From assembly GCF_009914755.1 (NCBI RefSeq), contig NC_060929.1: a stretch of DNA of 64,000 nt; one strand, 5' to 3'. The notes under the pieces are model-generated. The model saw only the letters and a program-made list of their open reading frames with translations. It was not told the DNA's origin and ran no database searches. Origin of the DNA: the human T2T-CHM13v2.0 reference genome, Homo sapiens. The position numbers were made by a program, and so were the translations under genes. Positions 36,070 to 49,790 of this stretch are shown here, in pieces; position 1 is the stretch's first letter, and each line of letters opens with the position of its first letter.

Positions 36070-36400
36070 ATATAAATTTTCAAACAAGCCAAATGGCTGC
36101 ACACACTTTCCCAAAGTAACCAAGACAGGACCAAAACTTTTACTGATTGGTTTCCAAAAATCACTTGGCTTCTCCCATTCCTTGGGTCTTTGTTCCTTGT
36201 TATTCTTCTTTTAATATTCAGTCCCTGTCTTTTTAACACCCTCATTAGATTTATATCTTCCAGATTACAAAGATGCCACCTACAGATGGCTATGCAATCC
36301 CAATACCATCCTGCAACGGCAACTTCCACTTACATGGAGCCTCTTGATGGAATCCGGTCTCCCCTCCATGAATGGGGTTTCAAAATCCTTCATTCCCTTT
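36070..36400 (+). pseudogene. env: env TM C-terminal relic (membrane anchor and cytoplasmic tail)
   Basis: ...WLLPFLGSLFLVILLLIFSPCLFNTLIRFISSRLQ..., a gammaretroviral TM anchor with a PC-x-x-N motif. Confidence 0.8.
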
Positions 36401-36600
36401 ACGACAGAGAGCAAGAAGGGAAAAATACAACCTGTCCCTTCAATATCCCCTTTCAGAAGGAAGTAGCCAGACAAACTCAATGCCCCTCTTAATTGCGGGT
36501 GTTTTCTCTTTCTTGAGAACCCAATAGGCAGCAGGTAGACATGGGCATGGTGGGGTATAAAGGGTCAAAGATTTGACCAAAATATTTGTCAGGGGCAAAA

Positions 36601-36926
36601 TGAGGAGAGCAAAAATGACCTGGTAACCATTGAACAGTCCCTGGCGACAAAAACTCTTTCTCTGAGGAATTTAGAAGGGAGCAAAGACCACTTCATTGGC
36701 ATCTGGTTTCAGGCCTCTTTCAACTTTTATAAGTAACTAACATTTCTATACATCTCTGGAATGCCATGCTGAAACTCATTTTACAACCGTTAAGCTCCCA
36801 GCTTAAGGTGGATAAGTACCCTTAAGGAAAAATCCACGGCGGCACATTCAGTCCTCTCACTGAGGTGCCCCACTGCACTCTTCTGCAGCCTTCTTCCTTT
36901 CTAATAAACTTTCCCTTTCCAAACCT
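36601..36926 (+). promoter_or_regulatory. 3' LTR U3-R with decayed TATA (GATAAGTA, 36811-36818) and AATAAA (36903-36908)
   Basis: Follows purine tract AGGGGCAAAA (36591-36600) and is truncated ~18 nt after AATAAA. Confidence 0.75.
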
Positions 36927-37892
36927 AATAATAATAATAAAAGGGTATTGAAGAGATGAATTTTGTTCCCTTCCCCTCTCCATTTTTCACAGTGGAGCTA
37001 CATGGAGGGCTGACCGTTTCAGTCATTCTTAATATTTTGAGTTCCCATTGTCTACACAATGACAGCCAATCAACCAGACTATTCAATGGGGGCCAGGGGC
37101 ATGGGAGTCCAAGCCCTGAACCCTGTGTGCCTGCTCTGGTCACATCTCTGCCCTATGTCCATCTGCATCTGGCAAAGCCCAACTTCTGACACCATGTACC
37201 CCCCTCACCACCCGTGCCCATGCTGCTTTCTGCCTCCATGCTTTTGCTTTTGCTGTTCCATCTGATGGTAGCACCTTCTTCGTGCTCCTTGGCCTGGCTG
37301 TTTCCTACTTACTCATCAAGGCTAACTACGTGTCATCTTTTCTAGGAAGCACCCCTGTGTTTCCAGGCTGGTTTAAGGCCTCCTTCTTTATTTACCACAG
37401 CACCCCAGATACACCTGTGTTTTACCTCTTACCGTATTCATATTAAAATTATCTGTTTGTGCGTTTGTTTCTTCCTCTAGATTTTAAGCTCTTCAAGGCT
37501 AATGAGGTGAGTACAATGCCTAGGACATAATAGACTTCAAATAAGTTTTGTTTGTTTACTAACGTGAAAAGCAAATATTGAGGGAAAATTTTGTTTTAAT
37601 ATCTGGGAAAGACTTGTGGGTAAGATCATGTTGAACATAATAATGATATTCTACAGATTTACATTTCTAGACATCACAAAAGTACAAAACCAAATATCAA
37701 AACTGGATTCCCAAACTTGTACCCCTCACACCCATGTCTGTTGTCATAAGGAGGAGTGGCGTGAACGAGAGATTGAGAGAAGCTCTGGAGACTGCCCACT
37801 GACATCCCTGCTCCACCAATGCTAACTGAATAGCCCTGAGCAAGTTACTGAGCCACTTTTGCCTCAATTCTTTATTAAAATGGGGGCAATAA

Positions 37893-38220
<328 letters not shown>

Positions 38221-38349
38221 TAAAATGGGGCAATAATTGAGATATTCTGGAGTTTAAACAAGACAATACATGTAAAACACTCATTAAAGCTTACTACTAT
38301 CACTATCGCTGCCTTTACTTTTTCTTACCACATTGTTTTCTCTGCATTA

Positions 38350-38580
38350 TTTTCACCCATTGTAGCAACCATCTATTGAGCGTTAAAGCACACTGCATAA
38401 ATGACTACTAACCCTCATAACCCTGTAATAGAGGTGTTGTTAGCTGACACTTTATAGATGATGCCATTGGAGCTCAAAGAGATTAAGTATATTCCCCATA
38501 GTCACACCACTAATAATTGATGGAGCCAGGAAATAAACTCAAAGGTGGCCAGTTCCAAGTCCAGTTCTTTTTCACAACAC
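38350..38580 (-). mobile_element. MIR
   Basis: CCTCATAACCCTGTAA...TTTATAGATGATG...GCTCAAAGAGATTAAGTA...GTCACAC. Confidence 0.6.
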
Positions 38581-39761
38581 ACACCAAGATGCTTTCCAGC
38601 TCCCTAGAAAAAATAAAATTGTACGTGTTTTATAAGTTCTATGTTCTCCTAAAATGTGGCTGTATTATTTCAACCAATCTAGAAAATTCTCCTACCCAAA
38701 TCAACACTTCTCTAACTTCCTAAAGCTTATAGCCATTAAGGAGGCAATAACATACTTAGCTCCACAATAAGAAATGAAAAGAAAAAACAGCAACTATTCC
38801 TAGGAAGTAACATATGAGTGTTCATACGAAAATGTTAATGACAAATATGAAGTTCTTTCAAGAGAGCAACTTTAATAGAAAGCATCAAAGGAAAAAAGGA
38901 AATTTACAAAGTTATTTTACTGCTAAAGACATAAAAGTGACAGGCATTTTAAAAATACCAAAACAATTGTTTTCATCTCCTTTTTGTTTCTTTTGGATTA
39001 TTTCTAACGATTTGCTGAAAGCTATGAAAGGAAGTATGCTCAACAGCACACACAGCCATTCATTCCAACTTCTGTATGTCTTATCAGGGGATTCACAACT
39101 CATAAAGCCCAACCAAGATTTCAGCCTAAGGGTCCCTGACTTGTTGTCAATTACAGATTTTGCAGCAGATACCAATATGGGGAAAGGAAGGTTTAAAAAA
39201 TATAAAGGAGGCCAATTCAAGCTGTTTCCATAGTTCATAATCTTACTACCTTTGTTACAGACTCTTTTCCTCCTAATTTTAAATGCCCCAGACTTTTCTA
39301 CATGATCCTCAGGTTAAGAACTAATGACCTGAAATAAATAATATGTACTTCCCATAACCTTTAACAATCATTTCTTTATGATCTGAAATGCAGGATAAAG
39401 TTTTCTCTAACCAAAGCTTTCTTGACCACATGTAATGTTCTGTTGAGGCTAAAGAAAGGGAGTATAGCATTGGACTTTGGGGATTATATGAATATTGGTT
39501 GTCTTGAAAATGTGAGAGATGCCTGAGGGTTTCCTCTGTTACATATGATGGAATCCATTTCCTCTCACCATGATACTCTCCCTTTCTCTCCTACTTCAGC
39601 CCCAGACTCAGACCGCACCTGCTACAGTACCACCATCCATAAGGGATCCGTAACTTACTCTTCTGCACTTGTCCACTCACTATGAATTCTAAGATAAAGC
39701 TCTATTTATTCATTTATTTCATTGGACAAACTGGGCTCATATGCCATTAGAAATTGCTGCA

Positions 39762-40093
39762 GGCCAGACGCGGTGGCTCATGCCTGTAATTTCACTTTGG
39801 AAGGTCAAGGCAGGCAGGTAACTTGAGGTCAGGAGTTCGAGACCAGCCTGGCCAAAATGGTGAAACCCCATCTCTACTAAAAATACAAAAATTAGCCAGG
39901 CATGGTGGCAGGCACCTGTAATCCCAGCTACTCAGGAGGCTGAGTCAAGAGAATCATTTGAATCCAGGAGGCGGAGGTTGCAGCGAGCCGGGATCCCACC
40001 ACTGCACTCCAGCCTGGGTGACAGTGTGAGAGTCCATCTCAAAACAAAACAAAACAAGACAAAACAAAACAAAACAAAAAAGAAAAAGAAAAA
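39762..40093 (+). mobile_element. Alu (AluSx-like) with (AAAAC)n tail
   Basis: Full dimer; TSD AGAAATTGCTG(CA/TG) at 39749-39761 and 40094-40106. Confidence 0.93.
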
Positions 40094-41679
40094 AGAAATT
40101 GCTGTGAACTTCTTTCCATATGCTCTTCCTTAGAGATTTCAAAGCTATATAGATTGAGAAACTTCTTATCCTTTAAGCTTGTCATGGTGCTTGTTTACTG
40201 ATCACCACTGAGGGTTATAGCAAAGCTACTGATTCCAAATATAAGACTTTTCACAGGGCACTGCTACCTATCCTTAATTTGACTACCAAAAACTGTGTAT
40301 CAATTCACAGTAACTGCATGTCAGGCTGTTGAAAAAAGAATGCTAATCATATGGTGACTCTGGTTGCAGCACAATTTTGCAATCTTGAAATCATAATAAA
40401 TAGGGTTGTTCCACTTGTGTTAAGTATTTGTGGCTTTGCTCTGAACCAAAATACAGATGGGCAGGAATGGCAGAAACAATGCAGCCATTTAGTAAGTGAA
40501 AAGGCATAAAAGCGTGTGCTAGAATTTTGCATTTTTCTTGTGAAGAACATTTAGATAAAGCATTTACAATGTCACAAAAATAATGCCCCCAATATTTTTA
40601 AAATCACAGTTTAGAAAGCTATAGTAGCCTGTCAATGAAAGAAGTAATGAGCAGATGTTTTCCTTATTTCCAAATATATTTAGAATTCTGAGGGAAAGCC
40701 ACAAAGAGCATTTTTATTATGCACCTGTCATGGTCAACATCTGGCAGCAGCTCTTGCCAATACATCAGTCTCATGAGTTGGTGTCTCCTTCTAGCACACA
40801 GAGAGACTGTAAATAAACCCACAGTGCAAAGCACTCCTTTCCTTTTTTGTTTTTTTTCTTTCTTTTCTTTTTTGTTTTGATTTTTCAATAGCAAGAAAGA
40901 AGCAGCACAGCAAAACCCAGAAAATGTATATTTGTACCATGTATAGACTACATAGTATCTGTGCCTCTTAAAGAAGAAATGCAAATGCAATTAGAGGCCA
41001 TAGAATGAGAGGATTTAAAATATTTTTAAGAGAAAATGAGTTGTCTAGGATCTTCCAATCTTTCAGTCATTCTTTAATTTAACAAGTAATTTTTACTAGC
41101 TACTAGAAGTACATAGTGTGATAAGACCTATAGCCACACAAATAAAATATGCACAATCCTTGCTCTCATACAAAACAGTGCATGCATTTAAAGAGCTGTT
41201 ATAAAAGTCTGTAAATGAGAGGTCAAGACCTGCTGCTGATCTTATTTATGAGACTTTCACTTCCTTAAACTGGGAGGAACATTTTCAGGTCCCAACACAG
41301 GAAATAAGGAAAACCTTTCTACTCATCATTCCATGGAAAGAGAGATAGATCAAATTCCCTTACAAAGAGCGTTGTTATCATCTAACGCTTTTGTTATTTT
41401 TGGAATTTGGATAGGTGGGTCACTGACTGAAGAGCAGAAGTTTGTTTTTGTGAGATAAAAAAATATTTTGTTGGCACACTTGTTATACTGGATTTCCTTG
41501 CACAGCAGAGATATTAAGCCACTTTTTCTCGATTATCCAAAATCTGATTTGAAATTTCAAGTAAGTAAAGAGACTAGAATCACTTCAATCAATCATGCTC
41601 CCACTTGGGGGAATTTATTTGCACACACCTATGAATACACACACATACACGCACAATTTCTAAATAGCAATTCAGGATG

Positions 41680-42220
41680 TGTATTAGGACTTAATTTCAA
41701 GTGAAGAAGCTCAGTTTGAACTAACTTGGGCAGAAATAGAGACATCATTAACTCACAAAGGAGAGGACAATGGTAGCTGTAACAAGGGGCTCATATACCA
41801 TCTTTTGCTCTCTCATCGCTTCTTCTTTCTGTATGTTGTCTATCACTTAGTTTCTCCTAGGGCAAGTTCCATGCTGTTGAATACTTAAATGTTGGCAGCT
41901 GGCTCTGGGTTCAGATCAACCTAGATTTACCACCAGAAGGAAGAAATTCTATTTTACCATTCTTGATTCTCTCTTGTCCCAACCTTAGTTTAAAACCTCC
42001 CCCAAATGGACAATTCATGTATTTGCCTCTGCCTCATTACTAAAGTCAGGGAGGAAGTGCCACCTAGGAATAAGGGAAGCTCCAATTTAGACCACATGGT
42101 GATAGCTATAGTGGGACTCAGAAGGGTGAGAGTGAGAGAGAGTTTTTCAAAGGTAGGAAGAGGTGGTCCTCCAAAGATAGAGATGTTACACAGACAAGAT
42201 AATAAATGTCCTCAGATGTG
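41680..42220 (-). mobile_element. Old MaLR LTR (MLT1K/L-like)
   Basis: TGTATTAGGAC...TTCAAGTGA...AACTAACTTGGGCAGAAA..., resembling the reverse of an old MLT1 3' end. Very diverged. Confidence 0.4.
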
Positions 42221-43639
42221 GCTTTGATACCTTAAAATATTTAATGCTATTGTGTTGTTTTTATCAGAGCTTTATAGTTTCTTTGTACAGTATATCTTCA
42301 TTTGTCATTAATAAAGGAGTTCTGATTTTCTTTTACTCTGCTGTTTTAGCACAAAGTAGATTATTTAATTGTAATTGGAAATAGTGGAACCTCATCAGGG
42401 TTATTATTAGATACTTTGTATTTTATAACATTTTATGTATGCTTATTTTATCCTGAATAACAATGTTAAAATACATTTCACATTCTTAGCTATCATAGTG
42501 ATAGTTGTGTAATTACTAAAAAAAAGTGTGCTAATTAAAAACAACATATTAGAGATTTGGGGCATTTCTAGCACAGCCTATTTCTTTAAACATTTACAGT
42601 GAACCTGGATAAGAAAATGTGTTTCTAATAAATTTAGACAGACCTCTTCTTATCATGCAATTTCTTTCTGTATTGTTACAATCAAAACGTCTTGCTCAAA
42701 CTGCACCTACTACCATGATTTAGGGGGAAAAACTTACTTATAGATCATTTTAGCTTTCTAAGTGGCAATTCTTATTCAAATTTGAATTAGAATTGACTCA
42801 AGTGGGTGAAAATCAGTCCCATTACTTTCTTTTCTACAATGCAGTTCACTCCTGTTTTTTAATACCATGAAGTATTCATTGCTTATTTTCTTCACTTTTA
42901 TTTCAAGTGGACTCATACACGTAACTTCGAATTTCCCAGATCTACTATTTTTAATTTCATAAAGTCTTGATTAGGTTTTTAAATTTGAGCTTTGTAGCAT
43001 AAAAATCTACAAGTGGATCAGATAGCTGAATTAATTAAGATTGATTGTCTGATTCAACAATAAAAACAGAAGCCAGATAAAGTGTTGGTGGTTGGGCCAA
43101 GCAAATAAAAAATAATCAAATTACCTAGTAGCTGGAAAAAAACCCTCGAATTTTGAAAGACTGAAGACTCATGACATAACAAACTCCCATGTAGGGCAAG
43201 AGCATCTATTAAAATGTACTACAGTGTGTTCTTTTGGGGACCAATAAGATATAATATGCCTGCTAGGAAGATCTGGGAGACATGCAATCGCAAATAATAA
43301 ACTGAAACCTACTACACATTTTGTGGGGATTGTAGGACATTCCAGCATAACTGCAGTGCTTGTGGGTCTCAGAATCATGTATAGCAGAGTTTTCATGAAA
43401 ACTTCATTAACTGTTTCATAAAATCCAATGTGCATACTACTGGTGGTCATGAGATAATTTTACATGGCACACAAAATATTTTTCTTCTAACATATCTACT
43501 TTATTGTAAACATTAAAATTGTGTATTAAAAAATAACATGTCATGCCCACATTTTAATTGATATTTTGTTAAGATTAAAATTGAAGTAGATATTTAAGGC
43601 TAAAAAGATATCAATTTGAAGAAAAATATTTGATAGTCA

Positions 43640-44140
43640 TTCTACAAGTATTAAGAAGATGGTCAGCACTGGCTTCTTTGAGAAGGTGAGATTTGAGCAG
43701 ATTTGGAGAAGTTGAGAGAGAACAAAGTAGGTATCTGGGAAGAGTAGTCCACGTAGAGGGAAGAATTAGGGCAGAAGTCCCAGGCAGGAATGCCTGTGTG
43801 TGGAAGGAACAATAAGGTGGCCAGAGTAGCAGAGAAAAGAAAGAAAGAGGCCAGAGAGAGTATAGGGAACCAGATCATGTAGGGCCTTCTAAGTGGATGA
43901 CCATACAACTCATCAAACAATCTGCAACACTTATTAGAATAACACAGGACACATTTAATAATTACACCAAAACAGCATGCATAAACCAGGGCTGTCCCTG
44001 AAAACTGGAACACAGGGTCACTCTATCTATAGGACAATGTAGGGACTGTAGCTTTTACTCTGAGTAAAATGGAGAGTCATTGCAGATCTTTTAAAGGATC
44101 ATCCTTGCTGCTACGATGAGCATAGACTGTAGTAGAGCTC
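43640..44140 (-). mobile_element. L2 fragment containing a MER94-like hAT-Blackjack MITE (~43893-44025)
   Basis: L2 motifs GAGAAGGTGAGATTTGAGCAGA and CAGATCATGTAGGGCCTT...GCTTTTACTCTGAGTAAAATGGAGAG, interrupted by ...TGACCATA...TTAATAATTACACC...GGTCACTCTA. Confidence 0.65.
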
Positions 44141-44885
44141 TACTACAGACAGAAGGTGATAGTACAGGTGACATGAGCAAGTGACCAAGTCTAGAAAGTG
44201 CTGTTCTAACACATGTGACACTATTAATCCTCTCAATTCAGGATAATTCTGTCAGGTTCTGAGAAGAGGTGATACCAGGACAAGTCTAAAGAATTTGTTC
44301 CACATCCAAGAAATTGCTGCTCACCTTTTACAGCACTGGACCAGGTTATAGAAACATAAAATTTGAGACCATACACCTGAACTCAAGAAATTCTGCTGGG
44401 GAGGTCATTTAAGTGACAGATAACAAGCATCCAGTGATTATGATCTGGCAATACCACCATGTTGCTGGAGTGATTCTCCTCCTGAAGTTAGGGGAGAAGG
44501 GAGAAGACATTCTGGGAAGACACTGTCAGTTTATCTATTTCAAAGCCATATCCCATTTCATTTCTCCCTTCTAAAGGTTCTGATAAACTGCCCAAAAGAG
44601 TGAGTCTAGTTTGAAAGCTTAAAAAAGCTTCCTAGGTGATTCTAATATTAACCTGTAGAATGAGAACCACTCAACATAGTGACAGCAAATTGAATTATCA
44701 GATACTCTTTGTTTTATATTTGTGTTTTTTATCTTGGAATTAAAAACCCATATGAGATTACACTTCACTGTGAGGCACTAAATATAGAAAAACTGGGTAG
44801 AGAATAGGCAAGGAAAATTGGTTGAGTAAAATTTTCAATTGTATAAGAAAATGCAGCCACATATATATATAGAGAGAGAGAAAGA

Positions 44886-45505
44886 TGTTATAGCCTAAAT
44901 GTGTCCAAAAAATTCATGTGTTGGTACCTTAAACCCCAGTGCAACAGTGTTGGGAGGCGAGGCCTAATGGGAAGTGTTTAGGTCATGAGGGCAAACTCTT
45001 CATGAATGGGCTAATTCTGCACCACCATCCCCTGGCACAGTGCCTTACAAAATGGGGTTTGAACTGAGTCCTACTACCTCAGCGGACATTCCTCCTTCCC
45101 AACTTGTTCAGGTTCCTAGACCAGTAAGCCTCCATTACCTCTTCCCGCTCCATCTCTAAAGAGGGTGGAAGCAGCCCTCCGGGAGGATTCATTCACTCCC
45201 TCTCTCCTTGTTATTTATTTTCCTGCTGTATATATCACCTTTGTTGACAACAGATTATTTTTTATTTTTTAGAAAAAGGGCTTGCAGGAGTGGGTTTGCT
45301 CTTTTGCCATGTGAGGAAATAGCATTGTCCCCTTTTGCCTTCCTCCTTCTGCCATATGAGGATGCAGCAAGAAGGCCCTCATCAGATGCTAGTGCCTTGG
45401 TCTTAAACTTCCCAGCATCCAGAACTGTGAGAAATACATTTTCATTCTTTATAAATGTCTTCATCTGTGGTATTCTGTTATAGCAGCAAAAAATGAGCTA
45501 AGACA
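44886..45505 (+). mobile_element. MST-family MaLR solo LTR (MSTC/D-like) with ~250-bp foreign insert
   Basis: TGTTATAG...GGTCATGAGGG...CATGAATGGGCTAAT, then the insert, then AAAAGGGCTTG...GCAGCAAGAAGGCCCTCATCAGATGC...CTAAGACA. Confidence 0.75.
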
Positions 45506-45534
45506 AGAAACACAGACAGATAGGGATGTATAGA

Positions 45535-45928
45535 TGAATTAGTCTACTGAGACTACCATAACAAGATACCATAGATGGGGTGGCCTAAACAACAGACATT
45601 TATTTTCTCACAGTTCTGGAACCTAGAAGTCCTAGATCAAGATACCACCGGGTTGGTTTCTGGTGGAAGGTTCTCTTTCTTGCTTACAGACATCTGACTT
45701 CTTGCTGTGTCCTCACAGAGCCTCTTCTTCGTGCACAAGTGAAAAGAGAGAGAGCTCTCTGGTGTCTCTTTCTCTTCTTATAAGGTCACCAGTCCTATCG
45801 GATTAAGGCCCCACCCTCACGACCTCATTTAAATTTAATTACTTTGATAAAGTTCCTATCTCTACATTCACATTGGGGGTTAGGACTCCAACATATAAAT
45901 TTTGGGGAACACAATTCTGTTCCTAAAA
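45535..45928 (-). mobile_element. MLT1A/B-like MaLR solo LTR
   Basis: CCATAACAAGATACCATAGA...TTCTCACAGTTCTGG...CTTATAAGG...GGGGGTTAGG...GGAACACAATTC. Confidence 0.8.
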
Positions 45929-47687
45929 ACATGTCTATACGTCTACATATATAAATATATATATATAATTTATATTTACATCTATCTACCTTTCCATATA
46001 GATATTGAATTTACTGAATTGCTGGTACAGGTGATCCAGTAGTCAAATAAATGTTTTCAATTGTTAGGTCTAAGCTAATTGTTGCAGCTCTTCTGATAGG
46101 CAGCAGGCCTGTCACTCTTAAGACAGAATTGATTTCACTTTGGTTGTATTTAATTAACCTGGACCCAGAAAAAATAAATCTTTTGTGTGTGTTTGTCCAA
46201 GAGCTAATTTTGGGAGAAGAGCTCTGACTCAGAATGGCTTCCAAATGATACATAGCCTGGGTGTACCTCAGAAGGGAGATTCAAGCAAAATCCTCATCTG
46301 TCTCAGAGGCCTTACCAGTTCTGGACAAGTGTGTGATGTCTAACAGATCCACCAGTAGTAATTCTTGAAAAGGTAAATGCCCCTCTCCTAACCTTTCTCT
46401 AGCACAAGGAGATAGTTTCAGTGGTCTCTGTCTCAGTCACCAAACCCTCTTCCTGATTACTGTGCTGGATGATGGTACAGCTCATCACCTTTTCCCCAAT
46501 TTGTGTCTTAGCTCCCAGATTAATTAGTTTACCTTTCACTAGAATGAACTGAAATTTCCACCTTTATACTCTTACTTTAAATTGATCTAAACCCTTTTTC
46601 ATTTTACATGCTATACCTCTTTATTTCTTCCAAGTGAATCTTACAAATTGAGTATCATTTGCATACTTGAATGAAGAGTTTCAGCGTCTCTCTTTGTAGC
46701 TCTTCTGTCTCATAGAAAACAACGATTCTAAAATGTGTTCATGATAAATCATCCTTTGAAATGAATTCAGAGAATTTTGGGGTTGAAAGGTGCATTAAAT
46801 GTAGAGTATAAACTCTTCATTTACAGACAAGGAAACTGTGGTCGATAGATCCATGGTCTGCTCAGAATTATCCAGTTAATCAATGTCAGAGCAAAAACTG
46901 GAACTCAGGGAACTTAACTCCAAGTCAAAACAATATTATACTAAGAAACAATTATACTGAAATTATTTAGGAGGCAATTATTCACTTCTTGTATTAGAAA
47001 TCTAGAGATTTATGTTCCATTCCCATTAATATATTACCCTGAGAAATAATACTTTTACATGTTTCTTTATTTGTAAAGTGAAAGAAATAGTCTTCTTAGA
47101 CACCTAAAAGGCATATAAAGATTCACAGTACAAATATTGTGAACCAGTGATAGTTACAAATGGTATTCTGTGATTTTTTTTGGTATGCATCTCCCAAGAG
47201 AGACTCAACAGACACAAACTTTATATTATACATTTGTAAAATGGAATGCACTGTCAAACAAATAGAAAAGTCATTCAGACAAATAGTAATGCAGGACATA
47301 CTAATAGATGATATCCTGGCCAAAAAAGCCAATTTATAAGTAAATGCTTATAGAAATTGAGGTATCAGTGGATTTAAGTCTCTAATTTTGTGATCTGATT
47401 ATTGTAAATGAGTAACATGAAAATAGTGATGATAATATGGAGATGGAAATAACAAATACTTATATGGTACAACATGACAGGTACCATTTCAAGCATTTTA
47501 CACTTATTAGGCCCTCAGAAAAGTCATATGATACAGGTACCAGATATCGTTATTGGCCTTTTTTTTTTTTAACTTTTTCTATAAAAGGCTTGGGGGTGAT
47601 AGAGGGCAAGTTGAATTTTATGAGATCAATGAAAAAGAGAAAGGCTAAGAGGAGTAGCCTTAAAGAGGAAGCCTATCTTTGGTATAT

Positions 47688-48170
47688 GTAAGAGTAGGGA
47701 CTCTTGGCCACGTGGGAACAAAACCCAGCTCAAACTGACTTAATAAAAATGGAAATTTGTTGGCTTATATAATCCAAAACCTGGATCCAGGGGCTCAAAT
47801 TATGTCTTCAGCACTTGGTCTCTCTCCATCTTATGGGTCTATTTTTCTCTATGATAGTTTCATTCATGCCAGCTCTTCTTAGAGGTTTAAAGAGAGTCAA
47901 CCACAGGCTTCGATTGTGTCACTTTAGCAATTCCACCAACTACAGAATTTTTTTATTCCTATCATCAAAATACTATTATCCTGTTGGAGTCTCACTGGAG
48001 CAAACTGTATCTCTTGCCAATCACTGTGGCCACGGACCTTGAATATAATTCAATAGAACTGGATCACATGCCTAAATCCTAACACTAGCCCTCCTCCAAA
48101 GAAAAATCAGTTTCTGCTATTAATGAAGAGAGAATAACACTACAAAGCAAAAGCCAAAGTTGCCCACCAC
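47688..48170 (-). mobile_element. Old MaLR LTR (MLT1K/L-like)
   Basis: GGACTCTTGG...AAAACCCAGCTCAAACTGACTT...CTGGATCCAGGGGCTCAAAT. Confidence 0.55.
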
Positions 48171-48593
48171 AGCATAGAAAGAGGTGTATAAATAAGCAGA
48201 ATGAGATAGAAATTATAAAATATGAGTGAGGGGAGATCAGGTCAAAATGTTAGGTTAGGAGGTGCAGAAAGCATGTAAGAGGAAAAAGGAAAAATTGCAG
48301 TATTGTATAAAGGGTGTTCTTGCCATGACAGATGTTAAAAAGTCATAGTGAGGTTTAAGAGAAATGTTATGACTTTTATCCTGAATTGGGCTTTGCACTG
48401 ATTCCTGGCTCTATGGAAAGTAAAACGCTACATTCTATTGGCTTCTGCATTAAATAAGCTAATAGAATGTAGCCTGCACTCCCAAATTCAACCCAAAGCA
48501 ACTACCAAACCATCTGTGAAATATACTGTTAGGCAGTAACTGATTCACGAAAAAGACAGATTCATAACCAACTATAATTCAAAATAGAACATG

Positions 48594-48890
48594 AGCCAGG
48601 CACAGTGGTCAACACATGTAATCCTAGAACTTTGAGAGGCTAAAGTGGGAAGATCACTTGAGCCCAGGACCTCGAGACCAGCCTAAGCAACATAGTGGGA
48701 CGTTGTCTATACAAAAAATCAAAAAATTAGCCAGGCATAGTAGTGTGCACCTATAGTCCCAGCTACTCTGTGGGCTAACCCAGGAGGATGGTTTGAATAC
48801 AGGAGTTAGAGGCTGCAGTGAGCCATGTTCCCACCAAGGCACTACAGCCTGAGTGACAGAGCATGACCTTGTCTCAAAAAAAAAAAAAAA
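48594..48890 (+). mobile_element. AluJ
   Basis: TTGAGCCCAGGA, GAGGATGGTTTGA and GAGGCTGCAGTGAGCCATG J-type signatures; A tail; strongly diverged. Confidence 0.9.
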
Positions 48891-48899
48891 GGTCATGTT

Positions 48900-49600
48900 A
48901 AGTACAGTAACAGAAACACTGATGCAGTTCCAAGGTCAGGGAGGGAGGGATTTGGACAGGTAGTTAAGAAGGAACAGAAAGTCACAGAGGAAGTCTTCAT
49001 GGAAGAAGTGGCATCTGAACTAGGCCTTGATGGATGGGGATCATCTTGACAGGAGAGATCATGGGGACGGTGTTTATGGTAAAAGAACAAAGACAAAGAG
49101 GATAAAATTGGTGAATAACAGATTCAGAGTAGGATGCTTGAAAGAATTATAAAAGATGAGGCTGCAAATGTAGTTGGTGAATCTCTATGGATGACATGCG
49201 GGGGATTTCCAATTCTTCAGGTAAAGAGGAACAATTGAAGAAGACCTTCAAGCTTCTGCAGAGGTCATGATCAGAGTTATCCTATAGAAAGAATATTTTG
49301 GCAGTAGTGTGAAAGATAGATTGGAAGAAATAAGCAAGAAGCAAAGACTCTCACTGGGAGTTTAGGACAAAACTCTGAGTATGATAGAAGTGGAAACAAA
49401 GAAAGTAATAAAGGAAAGAAATGAGAAACTGGAAGCAGGAAACATTTTGGAGATATAATTCCTAGCACTTGTCAATAATTGGTTGTGAGAATTGAGAAAC
49501 AGATAACATTCTTGGGACTGGGTACTTAGGAGAATGATTATGCCATTGATGAAGCAGAAGGGGGTCAGGTTTGTAGGTGGGTGCCTGTTTTGTGTGTATT
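48900..49600 (-). mobile_element. L2 fragment
   Basis: GTCACAGAGGAAGTCTTCATGGAAGAAGTGGCATCTGAACTAGGCCTTGA and downstream L2-like purine-rich sequence. Confidence 0.55.
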
Positions 49601-49790
49601 AGTGGAAAGTGACATGGCTAAAGGATGAGTTAAGACCCCACTTACAGCACAGATGAAGTAAGTGGATGATGGGAAATTACTGTGGGAGGAAGTTGAAAAA
49701 GATAACTTTCTGCAAGGTATAAACGTTAGGATACAATTTACAGAATATTTAGACTTTAAAAAATGTTATTTATATTTTCTAGTTACTAAC

